Shown here: positions 26,335 to 39,133 of the stretch, piece by piece | Layout: each line of letters starts with the position of its first letter | Position numbering within the stretch: the first letter of the stretch is position 1 | NCBI RefSeq assembly: GCF_003918875.1 | Contig: NW_025764926.1 | Span: 434,001-498,000, forward strand | Direction: 5' to 3' | DNA: 64,000 bases | Origin: Haliotis rubra | Lineage: Eukaryota | Notes under the pieces: model-generated | Databases searched by the model: none | What the model was told of the DNA's origin: nothing | Seen by the model: only the letters and a program-made list of their open reading frames with translations | Position numbers and translations under genes: made by a program

Positions 26335-26751
26335 TAGGGGTGACTATTGAGGGGCAAACAACTATTGCTATAGCGATAGTCTATTGAAACATACTATTGC
26401 AATAGTTTTTTCTCTCTCCTTGATATGTCTCATTTGAAGTTATGTCCCAAATTAATGTATAGTTTATATGCGATACTACAAGTTGAAGTAGTCTTTTAAT
26501 TGCTGACAAGGAACTTGAAACCCAGATCAAGTAAACAGTTAAAACATAAACTCAATGAAGCTGCAAGTCTACACCCAAACATCTTGTATTTTGCAATGCG
26601 CATTTATCAACAGAAGTCAATTACTAAACTATCGATAGTCACACATACCATCGATGCATCGATAGTTTTTCGTTTCTACCATCGATTATTTGCTATCGGA
26701 GACTCAACAATTTGCAATACATCGATTGTTCGATGCATCGTTACAGCCCTA
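26335..26751. mobile_element. hAT-type MITE
   Basis: TAGGGGTGAC...GTTACAGCCCTA termini; perfect 8-bp TSD ATAATTAT at 26327-26334 and 26752-26759. Confidence 0.85.
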
Positions 26752-27707
26752 ATAATTATATTACTGAAGTTGTCATCCATAAAGTGTCATTCCTTTGATA
26801 ATAAAGTATTAATGAATTTCTTATTATTCATAAACTTCTACAATTCCAATCAAACAAATCAATGTTCAAACATGAAATTTAGAGTTGCATTTATGAGGTG
26901 AAACAATATGGCTTCATTTTCAGTAATATTTTTAATGTACTTTTCTAAAAAACAAACGCATTACCAATGTATATTTCTTACCAATTTATAGTAATCATGA
27001 ATGTCGTTACAAATGTTAAATACCAAACAAACTGATTTTTCCATATCTCCTTACTGCTATATTAGGTTCAACTGGTGTCATTTTTTCATTCAAAATAATA
27101 TTTTTTCTCTGTTTTCCCACTTCTCTCAAGGTCATATAAATAGCTAATAAAATATCGTTGAAACCTCTTTGTCGCTGTATGAACGTCTTGCATCAAAACT
27201 GTCTTAACGCATATGAAGTGTATGGCGCAGCTGAATCGTGTGTGTACCACATATCTTGGACGACCTCATGTTCATAACGAAAGTAGCACGAGTGTTGTTA
27301 GCTAACTGATACAGATTTTGTCAGACAAGTCATGTAAAGATACCATATAAATTACCTTTTGAAAGTTACGACATGGACTGGTTGGTCTTCGATTTAATCC
27401 CACTAATACAATAATTACCTGTTACAACACGTATATCTCTGTGTGTCTGATGTAATATGAAACTAATCCGTAGCAGTGACAAGGAGAGAACGATTACTAA
27501 CAACCTCACACATACTTTGAGTGTAGTTTTGTTAGGTCTGTGTGTGAGCAGGGAGTGTAATACTATGGTGTAGATGGGCTTTTTATGGTGTTACGTAACA
27601 GATGTATGCGTGTGCGTGTGCGTGTGATTATTACTGACACACCAAAACTATCTGCGACAACCTACCTCGACTAAACCGTCCGTGTCACCAGACTACCGGG
27701 TGTGTGT

Positions 27708-27708
<1 letters not shown>

Positions 27709-27771
<63 letters not shown>
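27709..27771. repeat. (GA)n microsatellite in the predicted 5' non-coding exon/promoter of TRIM copy 2
   Basis: About 30 GA units; absent at the equivalent site in copies 1 and 3. Confidence 0.95.
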
Positions 27772-27774
<3 letters not shown>

Positions 27775-28311
27775 CATTTAGAGAGTTACCTCCCTTCCAG
27801 TCGAATGCGGTAGGAAACTGATAAAGTGAAATAGCCGACTGATTTGATACCCCGATTACATTTGTCACGTCTGTCCATTTCGTAATCAGTGATCAGTTCT
27901 TAAAAAGTTTAGAAATATTTTACATTCACACAAAAACGAGTATTTTTGAGGATGGTAAACCACATATATCCTCATTTGAAAGATATATAATGAAATGTAT
28001 ACCGAAATGACAAATGGCAGAAAACGTTCTATTTCCACCTTTGAGCTCAGTAAGTCCTTTAATAGGTATCTATCTGACACATACAAAACAAAGGTAACAT
28101 GCTTTTGTGACAGAGAAGGATTAACACGTCACAATTTAATTCTGGACTCACAAAAGTCCAGAAACTCTCCGCACTGTGGGCACTTCCTGACAAGAGATTT
28201 GACCAAATGAAACATGCAGTTCTTATGAATATATGCCAAGGATGAAAAAATGAAAAAATGTTTTTCGAAAACTTGAAATTTAGACTCGCTCGGACCTTCA
28301 CGGGCGAACAG

Positions 28312-28790
28312 TGGCCCATGGGCGAGAATGTTTAATTTCGATCAGAATTCATGTTTTGGAGGTTGTAAATGAATGAGTGTATGTTTATAAACATCATGAC
28401 ACAAATTTCAACTCATTTTGACTTAAATCGACTAACTTAGAGGGATATTTAAAAATCTCGCCCATGGGCGAAAAACATTTTGGCCCATGGGCGAGAATAT
28501 TTACTTTTACTCAATATTTATGTTTTGGAGGTTGTAAATGAATGAGTATATGTTTATAAGCATCATGACACAAATTTCAACTCATTTTGACTTAAATCGA
28601 CTAACTTAGGGCGATATTTAAAAATCTCGTCCATGGGCGAAAAACATTTTGGCCCATGGGCGAGAATATTTACTTTACTCAATATTTATGTTTTGGAGGT
28701 TGTAAATGAATGAGTGTATGTTTATAAGCATCATGACACAAATTTCAACTCATTTTGACTTAATTCAACTAACTTAGAACGATATTAAAA
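28312..28790. repeat. 169-bp subterminal tandem repeat (about 2.8 copies) with CGCCCATGGGCG palindromes
   Basis: Units start at 28312, 28481 and 28650. Confidence 0.9.
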
Positions 28791-29570
28791 AATAGATAGA
28801 GGACGAGTGTCAGAACACTATCAAGATTTTAACGTATTGTTACAGGAACAAAGTGCGAGTACTTTTATCTATCTTACAGGCAAGTAATCAAGTTGCACGA
28901 ACCAGACACTGCCGATAGACTCACCACAGACGTCCAGATACATTCAAAGCAGACATTACATAATTTTATCTCTAACTGTATATTATATCTGTAACTACTC
29001 CAACATGCCCGTATCATTCTGTATCATGCACTGCTGGCTTGTGTCGTGTGATTGCCAGGGCTGTCAAGTATCATGACGTTTGAGAGTGTCAAGCCTGTAT
29101 ACTTCAGTGTACGTTATCAGCATATAAAGTAGTCCACGTGATGACAAAACAGAGACCACCCATAAGTCCAAAGTGATTGTCTGTGCTCAAACTCGCCAGC
29201 CGTCCTACCTCGACTCTTTAAGCCCCATAGGTCAACGTTTATGCTTACAGTTAAAGTGTAACCCAATTTAATTTGGTTATTAGGACCCTGTATTTTTATC
29301 AGCTGCAGCTTAACTGTAATACCAAATTCATAAGCTATACTCCTACTCCTTCTACACACATAATGGCTAAGATAACCTTCTCACTTCTCTCCCCCGTCCT
29401 TCCTTCCCCATACCCCGACCCCACCTATTGTCTTTCTTCATAATTCCAAACCATGATCAATTTATACTCCTTGCTATCATCTTAGTCATACCTACAATTA
29501 TCTACACTCATTTATCATCTGCTTCACATTTTTTCATTTTTGGTGTCTGACGTTTCTTCTTCCAAATTAA

Positions 29571-29830
29571 ACCCGTGAAGGTCCGAGTTAGAATGAGCAT
29601 TCAGTAACCCATGCTTGTCTACCCGTGAAGGTCCGGGTTAGAATGAGCCTTCAGTAACCCATGCTTGTCTACCCGTGAAGGTCCGAGTTAAAATGAGCCT
29701 TCAGTAACCCATGCTTGTCGTAAGAGGCGACTAACGGGATTGGGTGGTCAGGCTCGCTGGCTCGGTTCCCAATTGCGCAGATCGATGCTCATGCTGTTGG
29801 TCACTGGATTATTTACAGACGCCGCCATAT
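29571..29830 (+). mobile_element. SINE family B copy with a triplicated 50-bp head
   Basis: ACCCGTGAAGGTCCG.GTTAGAATGAGC.TTCAGTAACCCATGCTTGTC occurs three times, followed by the body. Confidence 0.8.
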
Positions 29831-30054
29831 ATTTATTATCATGTTTGTAGCCGTTTTCATTCAAAATTCACTTAGGTTAACACCCCATCATTTGCATTTT
29901 TGGGGTATGGCGGTTTATCCCTTATTATAAACATATTAATTATTACTTTAGCTCCCACCTACCCTGTCGGCGTTATTGGCTACAGCCAGAAGCTGACGTT
30001 AAACTCATAATCATCATCATATGTAGTCACTAGGCACTTAAAACATTAGAAGTA

Positions 30055-31168
30055 ATGCCATGGAACAAGTTATCTAACTACAGTATGACGTGATATTGTA
30101 TAGTAGATGATTTGAGAATACAGAAGCACTGAAAAAGCATCGTTTTTTACCACCAAGGGCATAACTCTTGTGACCCAGTTCAGGATCGAATGATGACTGA
30201 AAATGTCAAAAATGCCGCTTCGCAACAATCTGCAAATGATCCAGAGTTCTATCATTTTTATGTGATATGGCTTCACAGTACAACACAAAGGTACTACCTT
30301 GTGTTGGAAACTGTATCTGACATACTGCTTCAATGATACATTGATTCATAAAACAGAACAGAAATCACAGCAAGATAAGCCCCATTACAGTAGCTTATTT
30401 ATTAATTTGTTAACGTACAACATGCGAAATAACTCAGTGCAGTTGGAAATGTGGCTCGTCAATGGTATGCGTGTACGAACAGATAATATCAAAACATACA
30501 CGTCGGAACAGTCAAAATTAAGAAATTGTTGAATATGAAATATTACTTTTAATTTGTAATTCTTGTAACATAAACAGTATTGTGAGAACTTTAACTGTAT
30601 TGAAATATGTCTTGTCAATCCTATTGACATTTGCCAATAACCACTTCCAAATAAAATAAATAGTCTATGCTGCTTCAGAACAAATAAAGGTTAATTAGGG
30701 AGCCATGCCATGGAACAAGTTATCTAACTACAGTATGACGTGATATTGTATAGTAGATGATTTGAGAATACAGAAGCACTGAAAAAGCATCGTTTTTTAC
30801 CACCAAGGGCATAACTCTTGTGACCCAGTTCAGGATCGAATGATGACTGAAAATGTCAAAAATGCCGCTTCGCAACAATCTGCAAATGATCCAGAGTTCT
30901 AGCCAGTTGGAAATGTGGCTCGTCAATGGTATGCGTGTACGAACAGATAATATCAAAACATACACGTCGGAACAGTCAAAATTAAGAAATTGTTGAATAT
31001 GAACTATTACTTTTAATTTGTAATTCTTGTAACATAAACAGTATTGTGAGAACTTTAACTGTATTGAAATATGTCTTGTCAATCCTATTGACATTTGCCA
31101 ATAACCACTTCCAAATAAAATAAATAGTCTATGCTGCTTCAGAACAAATAAAGGTTAATTAGGGAGCC
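30055..31168. repeat. Near-identical direct duplication (~650-bp unit; second copy internally deleted)
   Basis: ATGCCATGGAACAAGTTATC... starts at about 30055 and 30705; both copies end ...TAATTAGGGAGCC. Confidence 0.9.
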
Positions 31169-32602
31169 CCAACTGGGTAATTAAGGAAAGAAATCAATAC
31201 ACTGTCACTTCCTGCCCAGGACGTCACACGTCACCACTCAGGAGCTAAGGGCATTGTCAAACCTTCTCACAAAGGAAAAAAAAGCATCAAAACTGTGTTT
31301 TTATTCTACGTGACACTCGGTATGTCGTCATAGTATTCATTGTTGAATAAATTCTATCGTGGGCAACCCCCCACACTTGCGAGGTGTACCTACCCAGGTT
31401 CGCACGTTTCGTTTTAATATTTTGTGATCAATTATTTTGTAATTCCCGTCTGCCCGTCACGGCTATTCTTCGCCCGAGGTTTTAGGGGAGTACAATCTTG
31501 AACATATGCTTTAAACATATTTATATTCTCAGAGAATCTGGTTTGGTAACCGGTAATACCTCACCGGTACATATATAATATAACAGAATACACAAGAACT
31601 GGATACACAAAAACGTCAAATTAATTCCTATCATAAGTAGTAGCAAACTGTCACTGACGCCTTCGGCTAGGTGGATAAAACGGGACGCAAAAATTCCCGT
31701 ATACGCCGCATCACAATAGTAAACAGAAATTATTTTATCGAATGTTTAAAGACAGACAGACAGATAGACATAGTTTTTTAAAGTGTCCCATGTATGTAAA
31801 CAAGATATAAAATTCATATAAAATAAACACGTAATGTTTTACATACATCCAGCCTTAACAGGCTTATGGGACACTGTTAATCTAGAGGGTCAAAATATAC
31901 ATCATAGAAAGATTTTTATAAAACCATATAAATACATAACCTTAGGCAAAAATATCTTAAATCTCTCTTCATGTAAATATAGCATGAAATTCAGTCATAT
32001 ATTTCACTAACATGGTACTGACTAGTCGATTTGAACCAGTGCTTCACGGTTCACTGACTGCTGTGGATGCATATTATCAAGGGTACAGCTTCATTAAGCC
32101 TTATGCAACCAACCATAAAATGTGCTGTTTTAAGCGGTCTGTCTTTTGGGAGGTCTATCTGGTGTCAGCCCGATCTGTCGACAAATAAAAAATAGGATGT
32201 CCCTAACTGTCGACAAAACAAAAAACCCGGAATGTCGACATCGCGTGGTCAACATACCGTGACGGTGTTAATTAATGAAAGAGAATGTTTGCTTAGTGGT
32301 TGCAAGTGGCCATGGCGGCTACAGCTATGCTCGTATCATGAGTAAATGAATTAAGTAGATTAAAGAGAATGTCGTTTTAACAATTTGCAAGAGAATTAAG
32401 GTTGCAAAAACAGATTATTATTTTACGTTATGCGAGTGGAAGGATTACCATTTTGGAGTTTAACATGCAACAACATGAGAAACGGAGAGCTTACAAATTA
32501 TTTTGTGATATTGGGAGTAGAAGGATTATCGAAATGCTTTTGTAAACATTTCGCATGTGGGTATATATAATAGATCATGAATATTTTGTCACCACTGTCA
32601 AA

Positions 32603-33026
32603 ATGGCAAATGCTATGGTGCGGGTTACATTGATTGACAACATTCATAGAGGTCAGAATCTTTACCACAATGGATTCAAGTACAAAGTCAACAGAAGCAG
32701 AGGTCAGAAAACATACTGGAGATGTACAGAGGCAACCTGTCCATCATATCTGGTTACAGAAAACAACCTGCTGAATATAGTCGGTCAAGGTCACAACCAT
32801 CCTGCTATTCCGTTTCTTACTGAAGTTGATGCGTTCAAGTCAAAGCTCCATCATCGTGCAAAGACTGACAACGCTACGCCTATCCCCCAGACGTCGCTAC
32901 CGAATCATCGACGCTAGGATTCAATCCTTGAAGGCCGACCTTCTTGCCGACAGACTTACCGACTTGAATTACACAGACCATGTGTCAGAGTCGCTTCATC
33001 TTGGCCGAACATTCAGATTACTTTAG
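32603..33026 (+). pseudogene. Internally deleted MULE-type transposase: FLYWCH zinc finger joined out of frame to the C-terminal tail
   Basis: FLYWCH motif GQNLYHNGFKY...KTYWRCTEATCPSYL...HNHP. After about 32890 another frame reads RRRYRIIDARIQSLKADL...YTDHVS, which resembles invertebrate MULE C-termini. The DDE core is missing. Confidence 0.7.
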
Positions 33027-33524
33027 TGCACATATAAAGTAATTTTGGCAAGAAGAAATAACTGGACTCATCTTTTATATATTTATTACTTATACACCTG
33101 CAGAAAGTACTTATTTATATAAAACACACACACAAATATATTGTGTTAGCTTTATGAAATATATGAACAAATATGCTATATTATGTGACATATGATACAT
33201 GCATGTTGTTATATTGACTGAATAAATATATTGTCTACTTTATATATCACACTCTGTTTTAATTAGTTTGTTAATTCGAGAACACTGGGAGTGAAGTCAC
33301 TCACTCATGTAGAACATCACCTCCCTTTTCCCGGACTGTCGACAAGTATTTTGGACGGATTATTTCTTGTTGTCGACAGTCCGGGCATAAACCGGTCCAT
33401 CTTATGGGAAGATACCGGTTTTTTCCATGGGGCGGGATATAAATGATTTATTCTGCCTGATGATTTGTACAACACCACCCAAGCAGTGCACAACCGTGCA
33501 CCCGGCATACATTGTAATTTGTTC

Positions 33525-34168
33525 GGTTGTAGAAAAAAGTCATGGAAAAAAGTCATAGATTTGGTAGGGATATAAAGTCATAGGAAAAAAGTCATAAACT
33601 CAAAAAAGGTCAGGATTGTAACAAGTCATAACAATATTATTATCAACAGCACTACCACATTTGAACCTAACTTATAAAATTAATGTAATCATTCAAGTAA
33701 AATACATCATCATACCACTTTCATCTGCAACAGCACTACATCAGTCAGTTGTCCTAGCACATTTTATTTAACCGAATGTTCCATCCAACACCGTGAAGAG
33801 TTTGGATCACAGTCTTAGGGCCAGCGTGTCTTATATTAGCTGCTAGAAGGAAGCCATTTGAGTAAAAAGTATTAACTGATAATCCCATGAGTTCATTAAT
33901 TGGTATGATATCGTCAAGCTCAAAGCTAGGTATAAAAACAATCATGTGACTTGTGACTTTTAATCCCACAATCCGTTAAGAACTAAACAAATAATAATCT
34001 GTTCATTTCTCCTGTTTTGATAAGATCCAATTGCTTACAGCGTCACACTAAAGGAATAATTAACTTGAAAGTGAAATAGTATAAACAAAGTAAATAACTG
34101 GAGAACATGATGTTTTATAATAGTTATTTTTTCTATGACTTTTTTTCCATGACTTTTTTCCGTCCACC
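33525..34168. mobile_element. MITE (probably MULE-type) with GAAAAAAGTCAT subterminal repeats
   Basis: Inverted ends GGTTGTAGAAAAAAGTCATGGAAAAAAGTCATAGA / TCTATGACTTTTTTTCCATGACTTTTTTCCGTCCACC; flanking ATTTGTTC/ATTTGTTG. Confidence 0.7.
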
Positions 34169-34387
34169 ATTTGTTGTAGGTCACGTGAATCAATCAGAGA
34201 TAGACATTATTACATGAGGTAGGGTAAATGTGCATTGTACGTGCTTAGGAACCTTGAACTTGCAGTTACATTTCATTATTTGTGTACAGATATTGGAATA
34301 ATTTATGGATGTATTGATGCAGGGACTCCATTATGTTCTTGTTGACATTGTTGGTAGCGAGAGGTGTTCCTAATTTTCACAGTTTGG

Positions 34388-34763
34388 AGTGAGTGAGCGA
34401 GTGAGTTTAGTTTTAGGCTGCACTCAACAATATTCCAGCTATATTAAGGCGGTCTGTAAATAATCGAGTCTGGACCAGACGATCCAGTGATCAACAGCAT
34501 GAGCATCGATCTGAGCAGTTGGATGAGTGAGTTTAGTTTTACGCCACACTCAGCAATATTCCAAATATATGGCAGCGGTCTGTAAATAATCGAGCCTGGA
34601 CCAGACAATCCAGTGATCAACAGCATGAGCATCGATCAGCGCAATAGGGAACCGATGACATGTGTCAACCAAGCCAGCGAGCCTGACCACCCGATCCCGT
34701 TAGTTGCCTCTTACAATAAGCATTGGTTACTGAAGGCCAATTCTAACCCGGACCTTCACGGGT
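34388..34763 (-). mobile_element. SINE family B, one full and one partial copy in tandem
   Basis: Matches the family B consensus with a (TCAC)n tail. Confidence 0.8.
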
Positions 34764-36465
34764 TTCACAGTTTTGTCTTCTTGAGAGGGTACGTAAGTCT
34801 CAAAACATCTGAAGTAAATTTAGATATACCAGGTTTATAATAGTAGGATACTTGTGTTTTTAAGAGATGGCTAAATTTGTGCACAATCGCCAACGTATGA
34901 AGGGACCATGTAAGTCCTTCTAGGGTGGGTGGGGTGAAGGGGTGGTATGGGAGCATTGAGGGGGGCAAGGCAGGCTGAGCGAGGTTGAGAGGTGGGCGCG
35001 GACGTCGGAGAGTTTAAATTTCAAGTTTTCGATAACATTTTTTTTCATTTTTTCATCCTTTGCATATATTCATAAGAACTGCATGTTTCATTTGGTCAAA
35101 TCACTTGTCAGAAAGTGCCCACAGTGCGGAGAGTTTCTGGACTTTTGTGAGTCCAGAATTAAATTGTGACGCGTTGATTTAATATCTGGCAATCAATTAT
35201 TAATGGCGAGCCCAGCCAGTGTCATGTTGTCTGGGCTGTGTTAAGCCTTTACATACACATGAAACTATACTTCGTACAAAGCCCAGAGGCGCAAGTCCAT
35301 ATCAGATTTAATTGGAAATCATTATCTTGTAAAGCACAAGGGTATACAGTATTAGCTTTCATTTCAAGAACTGAAGATGAGTCCACTTGCACAGTTAACA
35401 AATTGATTTAACTGATAAAGCTTGTGAACTATGGAACAAGTGGCAGATAGCACGAGCACCAACTAACCGGGGCACGATGACCCACATTCAGTCAAGGAAC
35501 ACACATTGTAGCTACACACGGTTGAAACATTTGATAGAGGTGACCTACGTGTATTCATGTCAAAATATATTGTAGATATATCAACTAATTGTATGTGAAC
35601 AATTCTGTCTTCAATCCGTTCAGTCATATATATACAACCCATTCCATTCCATAGGGCAAAATACGAAATATATACACAAACCAATCAATTGATCGATAGA
35701 TCAAATAATTCAGTTGTTATTTTAGAATTACGACTACTGCGTGGATGTGCAGAGGCTCCACTACTTACAAGTAATGAAAACAAAACTTTTTGGACCCACA
35801 GAGTGGGACAGAATTTTTACCCCCACAGAGAAACATTTCGATTGTATAAGTTTGTCATTTTGACTGAGCATTTGACATGTGCCCCGGCTGGTTTATCTCG
35901 TAGATATATACTACTGAAATTATGGGGACTTCAGTCCATCAACAGAAGTACGTCGTAAATATAAAGCTTCAAAAATGGGAAACTTCAGTGTTTTCTCTTC
36001 ACCCAAGAACAAAAAATATTGATCAAATTATTTAAAATAATTTCATTATGAAGAAAATGTTAGACTGGGTACCACTCGACGTGATGTACCTTAAGTCAAC
36101 AATGGCCGTTATTTGTGGCTGTGTGCCGAGAAATTTGGCGAACACATTTTGATTCGCGGGCGTTTCGTTTAAAGGTATATAAACTAATTGAAGATTATAT
36201 ATTTAGAAAGCTGTGAATAAATGCATTCCATACATAATTCAAATGACACGTAAATCCGACTTGTTGAATAATTATTGCAAGTCTTATTTGGGGATGTCAT
36301 TATGCTGCTCTCCTGTAGTAGCATTGAGAGGATTGATGGGTTTATGGATTATTGTTTTAAATGTGTATATTTGAGCTTTCAAATATTGTCCGTGTCCAGA
36401 CATACATCTATACCACGTCCTTCCACGCTATTCCATGTGTACAATTACTGCGACTATGGCCATTG

Positions 36466-39133
36466 TCAACACATGTACATCTTTACAATTCCAAGATTAT
36501 ACAGGCCAACATACACCCGACCACGTCCATCTATATCAACTCCTACTGGATCTTGAATACCGTCCTCATCTGTCAGTATGTTTCTTACAAACTCTCCCGA
36601 CTTAGTCAGATGAATGACTCTGTTTAAGGAGGAGTCTGTCACCAGGATGTCACCCCTGCTGGTACTTGTGATACCACGTGGCTCCTTCAATGCTGTGTCT
36701 CCAGTAGGTCTGTAGTGGAACACCGTCTCGCCCTTGGGGGTCAGACACGCGACACCCTTGGATGCCCTGTCAGACACCAGGATGTGTCCTGTATTTGTGG
36801 TGCAAAGGTTGGCGGGATACCGAAAGATGTTACCATTGTCATGAGGATTGAATGACTTCAGCACGCTTCCTTTCATACCAAGGATATCTACACAGGGAGG
36901 AACCAAGGAGCTTGCTGCGAGTGTTGACGGGTTCACATATGTTGTATCCCAGTACTGTTTAGCGGTTGTGATGGTTGACAGCAGTTCCAGGTCCGGGTTG
37001 ACTCCTAGTTTTACAATCTTGTTTTTACGTGGAACTGTTACAGCCACCTGGTTGTGTGGCAGCTGAGTCAGACCATACGGAAAGTTTGTTAGACTTAGCC
37101 TACTGTGACATGGTTGATTGTTCCTGGTGTAAAATGACTTTACACTTTCGTTCACAGGATCTGTGACTACAACTGTATCTGTACCATCCACCATCATCAC
37201 GGTCAAGTCAGCTATCCGTGCTGCACGTGGTTCTCCTGCTAATCTGACTGTAATGGTGTCTTGTAGCACTGGATCAGCCGTTAGGTCCACATCGCCATCA
37301 CGCAGGACGTCTATCGCACCCAGCTGTAGATCCCCCAGCGCTTTACTCAGCTTCTCAATGTCATGTCTGAATGTGACCCTGACCATTCTTCCATCCTCTG
37401 CGTCCCCAACAGCCTCCACACCACCTTCCTCACAGCCCTGATACATCTCATACACATCCATGTCACATTCAGATTGTAGAGCCTGGTCTATCAGCTCAGT
37501 CTGCTGTTGGTACATCTGTAATGAAAACCCTCTTGATTTTACACTTGCTTTCAGTTGTCCGATGTGGATGTCTGACATCCCTTTGAGATTATCCAGAAGT
37601 TGCTTTCTCTTAAACATGATCTGTTGTATGGCTTCCTGTGTTACAGACATTATGTCTTCTTCCATTTGAGCGTATCGAGACGTTTCTTTAGGTACAGTTG
37701 ACTTCAGTTCATCAATTTTTAATTTCGTGTCTACTTGCTTCTTTGATAAAGTCTTTCTCTTCTTCTTGAGTTCTGTTTTCATGTTCTCGATCTGTGACTC
37801 GATTGTGACAACGGAATCACACTTCCTGTGATACATGATGCAACATTTGTGACAAACCATCTTCTCGCAATCCTCACACAGAAACTCCACGCATTCCTGC
37901 TTGTGTTCCTTGCACATGACCTTTCGCTTTCTTTTGACCTTGGCCTCCCCGTAAAGGTCAGTGACGTCATGGTGACGTGTAGCTGGGATGCGACTGTGCA
38001 CTCTGACACATTTCCCACATAGTGCGTCATCGCAGAAAGAACACCAAACAACAGCTGGCGTTGTCTCCCGTCCCTCTTTACAGAATGCACAGAAGGTTGT
38101 ATCTGGAAAGCATTGGTAGAATTAGGAAGTATTTTAACACAAATGATACACGAATTTATTCGACAACTTTCACAACATCCAAACACAACCTGATAGTAAT
38201 TGTTACATATCACTTACATCAACTAAATGTAATAACTTCAGACTGTTTGATCACGTAATGCACTCCAAATCACTCACTCAGTTTATACACTAATTTCTAA
38301 CAAGCACAGATACAAAGGCAAGCACAGCTACATCTTCGATCAGAATTGCAGCAAACGTGAGTGTGAATTTTGTCCAAAGCAACCATTCGTAACTACTCGT
38401 GTCATTCCCTCTCGTGGCCATGTTTACGACTAGGCTCTGTCTAAGCACAAACGGGCACCGAGATGAAAATAGTCTAGTACTAGTACCAAGGAAAGATAAC
38501 TATGAAGTTCCAAACATGGCTACTCCAAGAATACCCTATAGCTATATTCCGTGGACAAAACAACTATACAGTCATTTCCTTTGTAAGTATGTTTCAGTGT
38601 TGAAAGTTGCTGATCCTTTAGCTCAAAGTTTATTTTAAATTGTGCTCTGCATAGTTACCGAAGTTTCAAGGTTCAACGATGCCGCCATTTTTATGCTTCG
38701 AAATGCGTTTTACTACGTGCGATTTGATTGGTTTGCCACGATTCTTGGCAGTAATGGCGTACGATAGGGGTACGAGTCTTCTTGTAGGTCACGGAAAGAG
38801 GCGAGTAGTTACGAATGCAAAGCAACTATATGTATGTATACCCTTGGATTCCGGACCAAACGAGTCCAAAAGTCCCTGCATGACAAAGCTTGGCTTGACG
38901 TCATCTGCCCATTCCTCCACTGGTTTCTCAGGGTCAGACACTTTCGTCATCTTGCTGCAGAAAGGGCAGATGAGAGACTTGGCATTGTCGGCTTCAGGTC
39001 TAGTTTTGGTGTAGTTGATGACACATTTCCGACAGAAAGTGTGATAACACACAAGTGTACAGGGATTGACAAAAACCTCTGTACATATTGTACACGTCAG
39101 GAAGTGTTCGGTCAGCTTCTGGGAGGTCGCCAT
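36466..39133 (-). CDS. TRIM-NHL E3 ligase copy 3, intact, 642 aa (TRIM2/3/56/71-like architecture)
   Basis: Exon 38842-39133 (292 bp; RING; donor G|GTATAC) and exon 36466-38102 (acceptor TTTCCAG; B-box1 CAFC...WCSFCDDALCGKCVRVH, B-box2 CKEHKQ...CEDCEKMVCHKC...HRKC, coiled coil, NHL repeats such as EPRGITSTSRGDILVTDSSLNRV). Intron phases are compatible and there are no internal stops. Confidence 0.93.
38384..38817. mobile_element. MULE-type MITE in the TRIM copy 3 coding intron
   Basis: Perfect 16-bp TIR CATTCGTAACTACTCG; 9-bp TSD CAAAGCAAC at 38375-38383 and 38818-38826. Empty site in copy 1 near 12840. Confidence 0.9.

Larger units (their letters stand above)
28123..35175. mobile_element. 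7-kb non-autonomous DNA element with ~165-bp TIRs and a 4-bp TSD; superfamily unresolved
   Basis: TIRs 28123-28287 and 35010-35175 are about 95% identical by eye. TSD GATT at 28119-28122 and 35176-35179. The empty site GAGAAGGATTCAATATCTGGC is at 41466-41486 in the paralogous unit. Confidence 0.85.

Noticed and set aside
26220-26790. Possible Penelope-type terminal repeat or hammerhead remnant (…CCGAAACGTCGG… with inverted ATGGATGAC/GTCATCCAT); Penelope-like fragments also near 18300-18360 and 42680-42790
   Set aside because: The CUGANGA core is not intact and the fragments are too short and degenerate to support a call.
28149-28178. RSS-like arrangement in the long TIR (ACAAAAGTCC, 12 nt, CACTGTG; mirrored near 35120), suggesting Transib/ProtoRAG
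   Set aside because: The nonamer-like sequence is in the wrong orientation to the heptamer, the heptamer is about 50 bp inside the TIR, there is no 5-bp TSD at that point, and no RAG/Transib coding sequence is visible.
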